A DNA stretch of 64,000 nt from an uncultured virus (IMG/VR IMGVR_UViG_3300021599_002318). Its lineage: Duplodnaviria; Heunggongvirae; Uroviricota; Caudoviricetes. Location: positions 1-64,000 of the IMG/VR virus record IMGVR_UViG_3300021599_002318. One strand, 5' to 3'. Made by a program: the position numbers and the translations under genes. Positions 45,268 through 54,806 of this stretch are shown piece by piece (the first letter of the stretch is position 1; each line of letters opens with the position of its first letter). The notes beneath the pieces are model-generated. The model was not told the DNA's origin. It saw nothing but the letters and a program-made list of their open reading frames with translations, and made no database searches.

Positions 45268-47130
45268 ATGGACATTTCGAACAGGATTTTATCGGAGATT
45301 ACAGTATACATGAAGTATGCTAAGTATATTCCCGAACTTAAGAGAAGAGAAACGTGGCAAGAATTAGTCACAAGAAACATGGAGATGCATATCAAAAAGT
45401 ATCCCAAACTAGAAGAAGAAATCAGAGAGAACTATAAATACGTTTATAGAAAACAAGTTCTTCCTTCAATGAGGTCAATGCAATTTGCAGGTAAACCCAT
45501 TGAAATTTCTCCAAACAGAATTTACAACTGTGCATTTGCACCGATTGATGATTGGAGAGTATTTTCTGAAATCATGTTCTTACTCTTAGGTGGAACAGGT
45601 GTTGGATACTCAGTTCAAAAACACCATGTTGAGTTGTTACCTGAGGTTAGAAAACCAAATAAAGAGAGAGGTAGAAGATGGTTAGTTGCAGACTCTATCG
45701 AGGGATGGGCTGATGCTGTTAAAGTATTAGTCAAGTCATACTTCTTTGGTGGTTCTCATATCGAGTTTGATTATAGTGATATCAGACCAAAAGGTGCTAG
45801 ACTTGTAACATCGGGTGGTAAGGCTCCTGGTCCTCAACCACTGAAAGAATGTCTAATCAAATTAGAAGGTATTTTAGAAGCGAAAGAAGATGGAGAAAAA
45901 TTAACTCCAATCGAAGTTCATGACATGGTATGTCACATTGCGGACGCAGTGTTAGCTGGTGGTATCAGAAGAGCGGCTTTGATTTGTTTATTCTCAGCAA
46001 CTGATGAAGATATGATTGGTTGTAAAAGTGGTGCTTGGTGGGAACAAAATCCACAAAGAGGAAGAGCTAATAACTCAGCAGTATTGATGAGACACAAAAT
46101 TACAAAGGACTATTTTATGGACCTTTGGAAAAGAATCGAAGCAAGTGGTGCTGGCGAACCTGGTATCTACTTAAGTAATGACAAAGATTGGGGAACTAAC
46201 CCATGTTGTGAAATTGCACTTCGTCCTTTCCAATTCTGTAACTTGACTGAAGTGAACGTTTCAAATGTCGTATCTCAAGAAGATTACGAAGATAGAGTTA
46301 AGGCTGCTTCTTTCATTGGCACTCTTCAGGCAGGATATACTGATTTCCATTATCTAAGACCAATTTGGCAAAGAACTACAGAAAAAGATGCCCTTATTGG
46401 TATCTCAATGACAGGAATTGGCTCAGGAGCGGTTATGGGTCTCAACATGAAATCAGCGGCTAAAGTGGTAAAAGAAGAAAATGAAAGAGTAACATCCCTA
46501 ATTGGTATTAATAAGTCGGCTAGAACCACAACAGTAAAACCGGCAGGAACTACCTCACTAACACTTGGAACTTCATCAGGTATTCACGCATGGCATAACG
46601 ATTACTATATCAGAAGAGTTAGAGTTGGTAAAAACGAAGCAATATACACACACCTAAAGAATAATCATCCTGAACTTGTTGAAGATGAATATTTCAGACC
46701 ACATGACACTGCAGTTATTAGTATACCACAAAAGGCACCTGAAGGGTCTATCTTAAGAAATGAATCACCCATTCAACTCTTAGAAAGAGTTAAAAAGGTT
46801 CAACAAGAATGGATTAAACCAGGTCATAGAAATGGTTCAAATGCACATAACGTATCTGCAACAGTTTCTATTCGTGAACATGAATGGCCGGCAGTTGGTG
46901 AATGGATGTGGGAAAATAAGGAACATTATAATGGACTTTCAGTTTTACCTTACAATGGTGGAACATATATTCAAGCACCTTTTGAAGATTGCACAAAAGA
47001 AAAATACGAAGAGCTATTACAAACGCTAAAAGATGTTGATTTGTCAAAAATTGTTGAAAATGATGATGATACTGATTTAAGTGGAGAACTAGCATGTGCT
47101 GGAGGAGCTTGTGAGATTACATTGGTATAA
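45268..47130 (+). CDS. nrdJ: Class II (adenosylcobalamin-dependent) ribonucleotide reductase
   Basis: LPSMRSM, IYNCAF, GGIRRAA, TNPCCEI, FCNLTE, VKPAGT, C-terminal CAGGAC. No beta subunit gene nearby. Confidence 0.88.
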   Translation: MDISNRILSEITVYMKYAKYIPELKRRETWQELVTRNMEMHIKKYPKLEEEIRENYKYVYRKQVLPSMRSMQFAGKPIEISPNRIYNCAFAPIDDWRVFSEIMFLLLGGTGVGYSVQKHHVELLPEVRKPNKERGRRWLVADSIEGWADAVKVLVKSYFFGGSHIEFDYSDIRPKGARLVTSGGKAPGPQPLKECLIKLEGILEAKEDGEKLTPIEVHDMVCHIADAVLAGGIRRAALICLFSATDEDMIGCKSGAWWEQNPQRGRANNSAVLMRHKITKDYFMDLWKRIEASGAGEPGIYLSNDKDWGTNPCCEIALRPFQFCNLTEVNVSNVVSQEDYEDRVKAASFIGTLQAGYTDFHYLRPIWQRTTEKDALIGISMTGIGSGAVMGLNMKSAAKVVKEENERVTSLIGINKSARTTTVKPAGTTSLTLGTSSGIHAWHNDYYIRRVRVGKNEAIYTHLKNNHPELVEDEYFRPHDTAVISIPQKAPEGSILRNESPIQLLERVKKVQQEWIKPGHRNGSNAHNVSATVSIREHEWPAVGEWMWENKEHYNGLSVLPYNGGTYIQAPFEDCTKEKYEELLQTLKDVDLSKIVENDDDTDLSGELACAGGACEITLV

Positions 47131-47133
47131 CCT

Positions 47134-47322
47134 ATGAAAAATAATGAAGATAAAAGGGTCGAGCCTAAAAAACTTGACCCTTCTTATTTCTACGAAGAGA
47201 ACGGTAGAATAGTGTTCACAGAGAATTATCACACTAACAGAGGATATTGTTGTGGAAATAATTGTAGACATTGTCCATTCGAACCGAGAGCTGAAAGAGG
47301 AAATACTATATTAAAAAAATAA
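47134..47322 (+). CDS. Small Cys-rich protein (DUF5522-like)
   Basis: RGYCCGNNCRHCPF motif. Confidence 0.7.
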   Translation: MKNNEDKRVEPKKLDPSYFYEENGRIVFTENYHTNRGYCCGNNCRHCPFEPRAERGNTILKK

Positions 47323-47342
47323 TCCAACTATATTTATACAAT

Positions 47343-47813
47343 ATGGCAGATGGAATTACATATGGTATAAATTTCCCCTTTAGGGATTCGAGGAAAGGAG
47401 ACTACTTAGCACTTACTGAATTTGAGGCTCAGGAAATCAAAGCTGACCTTCTACATTTAATTCTTACAAGAAAGGGTTCGAGATATTTTCTACCAGAATT
47501 CGGAACGAGACTTTATGAATTTATATTTGAACCTTTCGATGGGTTGACATTTGCAGCAATCGAATCAGATATCAGAGATGCGGTTTCCCAATTTATGCCA
47601 GAGTTACTTTTGAATAATATAACAATAGAACCTGCTGATATCCAAGAGGAAATCGATTCAGCCAATACTCCAAACATCGCAGGTCCTGGTGATATATCAA
47701 TATATCGTTTCCCGGGTAAAGGGACTTCTGAATATACCGCAAAATTAAGAATTGACTATTCAACCGAAAGGAATGCGTTTGGTCAAAGTGATTTTATAAT
47801 TGTCAATATTTAA
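47343..47813 (+). CDS. Baseplate wedge protein (gp25 / GPW-like)
   Basis: IKADLLHLILTRKGSRYFLPEFGTRLYEFIFEP. Confidence 0.88.
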   Translation: MADGITYGINFPFRDSRKGDYLALTEFEAQEIKADLLHLILTRKGSRYFLPEFGTRLYEFIFEPFDGLTFAAIESDIRDAVSQFMPELLLNNITIEPADIQEEIDSANTPNIAGPGDISIYRFPGKGTSEYTAKLRIDYSTERNAFGQSDFIIVNI

Positions 47814-47818
47814 AATAG

Positions 47819-49657
47819 ATGGCGAACAGAAAAATATCATATACTACAAGAGATTATCAAGCAATAAGAACCGAGCTTCTTAATTACGTCAGAACATTCT
47901 ACCCTGAATTAATTCAGGACTTTAATGATGCATCTGTTTTTTCAGTGTTCTTAGACATGAATGCCGCGATTGCCGACAATTTACATTACAATATCGATAG
48001 AAGTATTCAAGAAACAGTATTACAATACGCACAACAAAGGTCATCTGTTTATAACATAGCAAGAACTTATGGATTAAAGGTTCCTGGTCAAAGACCTTCA
48101 GTTGCACTTGTTGACTTTTCAATTACCGTTCCAGCCTTTGGAGACAAAGAAGATGAAAGATACCTCGGAGTTTTAACGAGAGGTTCACAGTTTACCGGTG
48201 GTGGGATTGTTTTTGAAAATATTAATGATATTGATTTTGCATCACCATACAACTCTCAAGGTTTTCCAAACAGATTGAAGATACCAAATTTCAACGCAAA
48301 CAATGTCTTGATAAATTATACAATTACCAAGAGAGAACTTGTCGTAAATGGTATTACAAAGGTTTTCAAAAGGGTTATTACCCCGAATGATGTAAGACCA
48401 TTCTTAGAGTTATTCCTACCTGAAAAAAATGTTCTAGGTATCACAAGTGTATTGTTGAAAAATGGAACTGAATATACTAACATCCCTTCAGTTGCTGAAT
48501 TCTTGGGGGCACAGAATAGGTGGTATGAAGTTGACTCATTGGCCGAAGACAGAATCTTTGTTGAAGACCCGACCAAAGTTTCAGACCAGCCTGGTATAAA
48601 AGTAGGAAGATATATTCAAACTCAGAATAGGTTTATTTCAGAATACACAGCCGAAGGATTCAAAAAATTAACTTTCGGAGGCGGAACAAATACCGCACAA
48701 GATGCATTAGATGAATTTACAACTTTAGGTTTGACTGCTGAAATACAAAGATACTCTAATAATATGTCTTTGGGTGCGGCTTTAGTCCCTAATTCGACAC
48801 TGTTTATTCAATATAGAATCGGTGGTGGATTGGCAACAAACTTGGGAACAAATGTAATCAATCAAATCGGAACGGTTTCGTTTTATGTTAACGGACCATC
48901 AGAATCGACTAATTCGTCAGTGGTTAACTCATTGAGATGTAATAACGTAACAGCAGCTGTTGGAGGTGCTGGAGTTCCAACAGTAGAAGAGGTTAGAAAC
49001 TATGTTTCATTCAACTTTTCGGCACAAAAAAGAGCTGTTACGGTTCAAGATTATGAATCATTGATAAGAACAATGCCATCACAATATGGTGCACCTGCCA
49101 AAGTTTCAATTACCGAAAATGATAATAAGATTCTCATCCAATTATTATCATATGACACCTCAGGAAAACTAACAAGTATTGTCTCAAACACGTTGAGACA
49201 AAATGTTGCAACTTATCTTTCTAATTACAGAATGATGAACGACTATATTTCGATTTTGACTGCAGAAGTAATTGACCTTTCTTTTGAAATTTCAATTGTT
49301 CTCGACTCCGCACAAAATTCAGGACAAGTTATTACCGCTGTAGTGGATAGAATCTCTGCATACATGGACCCACTCGGAAGAGAAATGGGTCAGAATGTAA
49401 ATTTATCTGAACTCGAAAGTATTGTTCAAAACCAAAACGGAGTTCTGACAGTTGCTGACGTAAAAGTTTTTAATAAAGTAGGTGGTCAATATTCTTCAGC
49501 CGAAACGTCAATGGAATATTCAGACCCAGAAACAAAACAGATACAACCTGTAGACAATACAATCTTTGCACAACCCTCACAGGTTTACCAAGTTAGATAC
49601 CCAACAAAAGATATCAAAATCTTAGTTAAGAATTTCCAATCTGTAACCTTTTCTTAA
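47819..49657 (+). CDS. Baseplate wedge protein (gp6 / baseplate J-like)
   Basis: RDYQAIRTEL, AQQRSSVYNIA, LTFGGG, YRIGGG, RAVTVQDY. Confidence 0.85.
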   Translation: MANRKISYTTRDYQAIRTELLNYVRTFYPELIQDFNDASVFSVFLDMNAAIADNLHYNIDRSIQETVLQYAQQRSSVYNIARTYGLKVPGQRPSVALVDFSITVPAFGDKEDERYLGVLTRGSQFTGGGIVFENINDIDFASPYNSQGFPNRLKIPNFNANNVLINYTITKRELVVNGITKVFKRVITPNDVRPFLELFLPEKNVLGITSVLLKNGTEYTNIPSVAEFLGAQNRWYEVDSLAEDRIFVEDPTKVSDQPGIKVGRYIQTQNRFISEYTAEGFKKLTFGGGTNTAQDALDEFTTLGLTAEIQRYSNNMSLGAALVPNSTLFIQYRIGGGLATNLGTNVINQIGTVSFYVNGPSESTNSSVVNSLRCNNVTAAVGGAGVPTVEEVRNYVSFNFSAQKRAVTVQDYESLIRTMPSQYGAPAKVSITENDNKILIQLLSYDTSGKLTSIVSNTLRQNVATYLSNYRMMNDYISILTAEVIDLSFEISIVLDSAQNSGQVITAVVDRISAYMDPLGREMGQNVNLSELESIVQNQNGVLTVADVKVFNKVGGQYSSAETSMEYSDPETKQIQPVDNTIFAQPSQVYQVRYPTKDIKILVKNFQSVTFS

Positions 49658-49751
49658 TTAGTTTATTTCGTAATCAATTCACTTATTTTTAAGTGGTGTG
49701 TGATTTCGTCTTTGAAAATTACAGTTAAACTATTTATTGAAAAACTAGTTG

Positions 49752-52700
49752 ATGGGTCAATCCTATAGAATAAGAACCGAATTAGGTGTAAACAAAACAA
49801 TTAATGTTCAACTCGACCAAGACTTTGAATTTTTAGAAATTCTGTCTTTGACAATACAACAAACGGATGTTTATATAAGAGCTTGTGCTGATTACGGTGT
49901 GGTTGTAGGAAGAGTTACTGCTAATAACGGATTTGGATTACCCAACGCAAGGGTCTCGGTTTTTGTTCCTATCACTGAGGTAGACCAATCGAACCCTATC
50001 ATTTCAAGTATATATCCTTATAAGTCTCCTGAAGACAAAAATGAAGATGGATATCGATACAATCTCCTACCTTACGAAAGGTCACATAGCGGACACAATC
50101 CTACAGGAACTTTACCAAGTAGGCTTGATGCATTGACCGCGTCTACGGTTGTTGAGTTATACGATAGGTATTACAAATTTACCGCAAAAACAAACGAAAG
50201 TGGGGACTACATGATAATGGGAGTTCCGGTTGGTAATCAACAATTTGTGATGGACGTTGATTTGTCGGACATGGGTGAATTCTCATTGACACCACAAGAT
50301 TTAATTAGAATTGGAAGGGCAACGGAATCACAAGTGGCGGGAAATAGATTTAGAAGCTCAACTGATTTGAATTCTCTTCCTCAAATTGTAAATTTGAATA
50401 GAACAATTGAAGTTAGTCCTTTATGGGGTGACCCTGATGTTTGTCAAATAGCAATCAACCGACTTGATTTTGATTTGAGGGATGATGCAAACATTGACAT
50501 ACAGCCTACTTCTGTTTTCATGGGTTCGGTTTATTCCACACCTGACAAGTTTAGGTTAAGACCCGATTTGAAATTAGGTTCTATAACAATAAGGGGTGGT
50601 AAACCGAGAGATAATTTCGGTAACCTATGTTCACTTGTTGCAGGACCTGGTCAAATACTTGCAGTAAGACAAACAATTAATACTGACTTGAGCGGCAATC
50701 CAATTCTTGAAGAATACAGATTGGAACAAAGTGGAAATTTAATAGACGAAAATGGGGTATGGTTGGTAGAACTCCCAATGAATTTGGATTATTTAGTCAC
50801 AAACGAGTTTGGTGAAAAAATTCTATCAAACGACCCAACGATTGGAATTCCCACTAAGGGAAAATATAGATTTAAAATTAAATGGCAACAATCAAATAGT
50901 CTAAGTGAATCTGTCAAAAGACCGTATTTTTTAGTTCCAAACGTTAGAGAGTATGGTTGGAGTAGCACTGCGGTTGACCCAAACAATCCTAATGTTAACC
51001 CTCCTTTACAACAAAGAAATCAACTAAAAAGTTCTTATTATTTTGGGCTAGATTGGTCAGGTTATACTAACGGGTTTTCTGTTCAGGACGCAACAACAAA
51101 ACTTAATGAGATGATAAACTGTGAAGACACATTTTATCAATTCGAATATAATAGAGTTTATACAGTTTCAGGTTTGATAGACCAATATAAAGATGGGGGT
51201 AGAGGAAGGTTTATAGGAATCAAAGAAATTGATGATGATTCATGTTCTGACACAGTGAATAAATTTCCGGTAAACGAAGGGTTCAAAAACTTTGACTTTT
51301 TATTTTTTATTGTCTCACTTTTACTTCAACTCCTTCAGATTGTTTCAATCCCACTTTTAATTGCACTCCATTTTATAGTCTTCTTTTTAAATCTTTTGTT
51401 GGGTTTGAAAAATATCCTTATTGGTTTATTTGCGGCTTTAGTTGGATATCATTTATACCTTTTCGGAAAAGGTGTTATTAAAGGTATTAAACTTTATATT
51501 GAAGCTGGTAAGTTAACTGCGGCTGGTGCAAACTTGGTTGGAACTGGAGTTGCATCTATTGCTGGTGCTGCTTTAAAATTTTTGGCAGGTCAAAAAACTA
51601 CAGAAGCAAAAGATACTTTAGCAATTGCAGGGAAAAACTTAGCAATTTCAATAAAATATGGATTATCTATTTTTGCTATAAATAAAATATACCAAATTTT
51701 CCGAGGTCAGAAAATAAAAGTTATATCCCTACCGGTATTAACATATCCAGACTGCCAAGGTTGCGAGTGTAAACCAAAAGATATATCTCAAGACCAATCA
51801 TTAACATCAAGTCAAAGTGGATTACTCTCAAGATTCTCAGATTCAATTCAATATTATGAAAAATTATTAGCAAGCCCTTATGTTCAGTCGTTCGATGAGG
51901 ATAGTAGAGATGCGGTGGCACTTGCATTCGCAAGTGCTGCGGGTGGAAATGACGGTGACCCATTCAGTAGAAACTCATACAAGGTTATGGATTCAGGGGA
52001 TGATGGTAGTATTTTTATAGATGGTTGTCCTGTTGATTTTTTCGCTTACTCAAATTATCTCCCCTTAGGTGAAAGAGTTAATATTTTTAACACGAGAAAA
52101 AAATATTTTGATGGTGTTAATCGTATCAAAGTTACATTTAATTCACCAAATAATTTGGTTAATCACTTGGATAATACACTTACAATCTTTTTGTCAGACA
52201 AACTTGAAACTGGCACATTGTTAAGTTTTGTTAACCCCTTAGATACAACCGACGTTAACTTTAATTTCACAGGAAATACACCACAAACAAGTGGTATTTA
52301 TGGACAGGCTCTTAATCCTGGTCCATCAACATATAATGTGGGATATTGTGACCCTAACAACCCTTATAGTAACCTCACAACAACCTACCAATTAAATAGA
52401 GGTTCCGAGATAACGGGGTATACATATCCGGCGGATATCGAATATTATCAAGTAATTACTGCACTAACAATAAATCAAGCGATAAACTTATTTGGTGGAG
52501 CTCCAGATGAATCTTTACCGCAAATTGTAAATTCAGGGACGGTTATTATTGGAAATAATCAGAAACACATTAAAATTCTTGGTATTTGTATCAACACTGG
52601 TTGGCTCAACGGATATTACACCAACGAAATTCCTTATTCACAAATTTTCCAAGATTATGGAAATCAGTATATCACAATCTTACAAAGAGGTGTTGACCCG

Positions 52701-54806
52701 TATTCACCAACCTACGTGAACAAATACGGTTTAGGAGTTCTTTTTGGTTTCAATGACCCTGATGCATTAACCTTGACCGCAGAAACAAGACTTAATATTC
52801 CAATCCAGAAACTTAATTCCAATATAATGAGCGTTCAACCATTCACACAAAATGGTCAATCTGAAATATTTTACCCATCTCATTTCTTCAGGGGTGGTAT
52901 AAATAACACGACTGAAATAGGAAAACAGTGGTCAGCATTCACAACTTTCAACGTGGGATATTATAGTAGTTTGGATAGAACAACTAATCCATCTGGTTCA
53001 TTAGATTTTTCAAACGGAGTCGTTTCTAGCCCATATAATGGTGCATACTCATCTATTGTAACAACACCTTCACAACGTGTTGGAAAATATAATACAGCTG
53101 AAGATATTTCTGGTGCAGCTTTCTTTTATGTTCAAGAATCTGGAAGGAGACCCAAAGATGTAGAAATAACCTATTACACAAATGTGTTCTTACCATCATT
53201 TACAGGTAATCCAATGAATATTTCCACTAACACTCTAAATGTGATGAGAACCGACAGATTACCCTCTTCAGATAACTTGGATGGTGGAACTTGGACATTG
53301 AATCCCGCTTTGTTACAACAAAACATTGGTTTTGCAATTTATCAAATCTCTGCGTATGGTGAAGGTGCAATTTCAGTGGATGCTTACAGCACAGGTGCGG
53401 ACATAACAACCGCAGATATTGTAGGACAATACAGTTACACCAACGTTATAGATACATTAAATCTTTGTTCACAAATAGTTTCACTCAAATGTTACGAGGG
53501 AAATGGAACGACATTTAAAGTGAATACAGGATGCACTGAAACTGATGCAGTAGTAAGCGGATGTTACCAGTTCTTACGAAGACCACTTTTGGATATTGGA
53601 AAAGATATTAGAAATTTTAATGAGTGGGCATATAGATTCCGATTTAACTATGGTTTGTGTAGAGGGGTTTTGTCTCAATCATTTACGAATAATTGGATAA
53701 ACGGTTCTTTATTTATGTTCCCAATCCAAATAGATGTATTTTTTGATTTGAACAATAAACCTTTGGCACCAAAGTATCCTTCAAGGTTAACTTATTTTGA
53801 TAGTGATACAAACAATTTTTATTTTAGAAGTAGTCCATTTTTAAGTGGTTCAACATCTTCGAGATTTATAGGTTCCCCCGCAAATACATTAGGGCCACAA
53901 TATTCAATTAATTCGAGAAATCTTTTATTTCCAACAACAATCATAAATTTGGGTATGAAGGATTCGTTTTACCAAGAAATTATAATGGAGGCATCCGCAA
54001 AGGCTTATGTGATGTCAAATCTGAATCCTACAAGTTACTCCGACACATCAGATATTGTAAACCTATTTGTTCTTTCTAGAATCACGAGTGCGACTTTCTT
54101 ACAACAAATGTTGGGATTGAGAGATAACTCAATCAATAGTTTATTCACGAGGTCATCGACAGTTGGAATTATTCAACCTAAGAATAGGGTGGATGCCGAC
54201 TTGGTTCAAATGATGTCAATTAATAGTGAAATTGGAATAGTTCCTTTCAGCACAGAATTTTATCCTTTTGATGCAAATGACCCGAACAATGCTGTTGTAG
54301 TTTTACAAACCGCAGGTAATAATGTTATGGGAATATTCTTCTCATCCTCAACTGCAGATTTACAGATAAAAGACTATATTTCACCAGGGGTTATTAACTT
54401 CAGACCAGCATCTAACGCAAATGCACTGACATATCCTTTCGGTATTAAATCACAAAGAGTTCCTTTTTATCAGTGGGGTTTAGAAGGCGGTAATTCAATT
54501 TTTGGAACTGAAAAAAATAATTGGAAAACGAACATATCAGATGGTATTATCTCTTACGAATATCAATCTTTGAGTAGAAGATTTACGAATGCACCATCTT
54601 ATTTCAGTGGTTCATACAACAACGTAAGTGACATATATCAAAGAGGTTATATTTTTGCTGTTAACCAAAACCAACAATATTCTGCAACGGCTGGAACTTG
54701 GACAAACAATTTTATGATTGGTGCTCCAAACCAGTTTTACTTTGGATTAGTTGCAGGTGCGTCTGCTTTGGATAAATTTAAGACAAAATATAGTGCAGAT
54801 GAATAA
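49752..54806 (+). CDS. Large putative virion protein with N-terminal carboxypeptidase-regulatory-like fold and internal hydrophobic helices
   Basis: VVVGRVTANNGFGLPNARVSVF...TNESGDYMIMGVPVG. Hydrophobic stretch near aa 515-650. Confidence 0.5.
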   Translation: MGQSYRIRTELGVNKTINVQLDQDFEFLEILSLTIQQTDVYIRACADYGVVVGRVTANNGFGLPNARVSVFVPITEVDQSNPIISSIYPYKSPEDKNEDGYRYNLLPYERSHSGHNPTGTLPSRLDALTASTVVELYDRYYKFTAKTNESGDYMIMGVPVGNQQFVMDVDLSDMGEFSLTPQDLIRIGRATESQVAGNRFRSSTDLNSLPQIVNLNRTIEVSPLWGDPDVCQIAINRLDFDLRDDANIDIQPTSVFMGSVYSTPDKFRLRPDLKLGSITIRGGKPRDNFGNLCSLVAGPGQILAVRQTINTDLSGNPILEEYRLEQSGNLIDENGVWLVELPMNLDYLVTNEFGEKILSNDPTIGIPTKGKYRFKIKWQQSNSLSESVKRPYFLVPNVREYGWSSTAVDPNNPNVNPPLQQRNQLKSSYYFGLDWSGYTNGFSVQDATTKLNEMINCEDTFYQFEYNRVYTVSGLIDQYKDGGRGRFIGIKEIDDDSCSDTVNKFPVNEGFKNFDFLFFIVSLLLQLLQIVSIPLLIALHFIVFFLNLLLGLKNILIGLFAALVGYHLYLFGKGVIKGIKLYIEAGKLTAAGANLVGTGVASIAGAALKFLAGQKTTEAKDTLAIAGKNLAISIKYGLSIFAINKIYQIFRGQKIKVISLPVLTYPDCQGCECKPKDISQDQSLTSSQSGLLSRFSDSIQYYEKLLASPYVQSFDEDSRDAVALAFASAAGGNDGDPFSRNSYKVMDSGDDGSIFIDGCPVDFFAYSNYLPLGERVNIFNTRKKYFDGVNRIKVTFNSPNNLVNHLDNTLTIFLSDKLETGTLLSFVNPLDTTDVNFNFTGNTPQTSGIYGQALNPGPSTYNVGYCDPNNPYSNLTTTYQLNRGSEITGYTYPADIEYYQVITALTINQAINLFGGAPDESLPQIVNSGTVIIGNNQKHIKILGICINTGWLNGYYTNEIPYSQIFQDYGNQYITILQRGVDPYSPTYVNKYGLGVLFGFNDPDALTLTAETRLNIPIQKLNSNIMSVQPFTQNGQSEIFYPSHFFRGGINNTTEIGKQWSAFTTFNVGYYSSLDRTTNPSGSLDFSNGVVSSPYNGAYSSIVTTPSQRVGKYNTAEDISGAAFFYVQESGRRPKDVEITYYTNVFLPSFTGNPMNISTNTLNVMRTDRLPSSDNLDGGTWTLNPALLQQNIGFAIYQISAYGEGAISVDAYSTGADITTADIVGQYSYTNVIDTLNLCSQIVSLKCYEGNGTTFKVNTGCTETDAVVSGCYQFLRRPLLDIGKDIRNFNEWAYRFRFNYGLCRGVLSQSFTNNWINGSLFMFPIQIDVFFDLNNKPLAPKYPSRLTYFDSDTNNFYFRSSPFLSGSTSSRFIGSPANTLGPQYSINSRNLLFPTTIINLGMKDSFYQEIIMEASAKAYVMSNLNPTSYSDTSDIVNLFVLSRITSATFLQQMLGLRDNSINSLFTRSSTVGIIQPKNRVDADLVQMMSINSEIGIVPFSTEFYPFDANDPNNAVVVLQTAGNNVMGIFFSSSTADLQIKDYISPGVINFRPASNANALTYPFGIKSQRVPFYQWGLEGGNSIFGTEKNNWKTNISDGIISYEYQSLSRRFTNAPSYFSGSYNNVSDIYQRGYIFAVNQNQQYSATAGTWTNNFMIGAPNQFYFGLVAGASALDKFKTKYSADE

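Noticed and set aside
7228..47130. Inteins or introns in polB, helicases, UvsX or nrdJ
   Set aside because: Lengths are normal, motifs are contiguous, and no intein splice or homing-endonuclease motifs were seen
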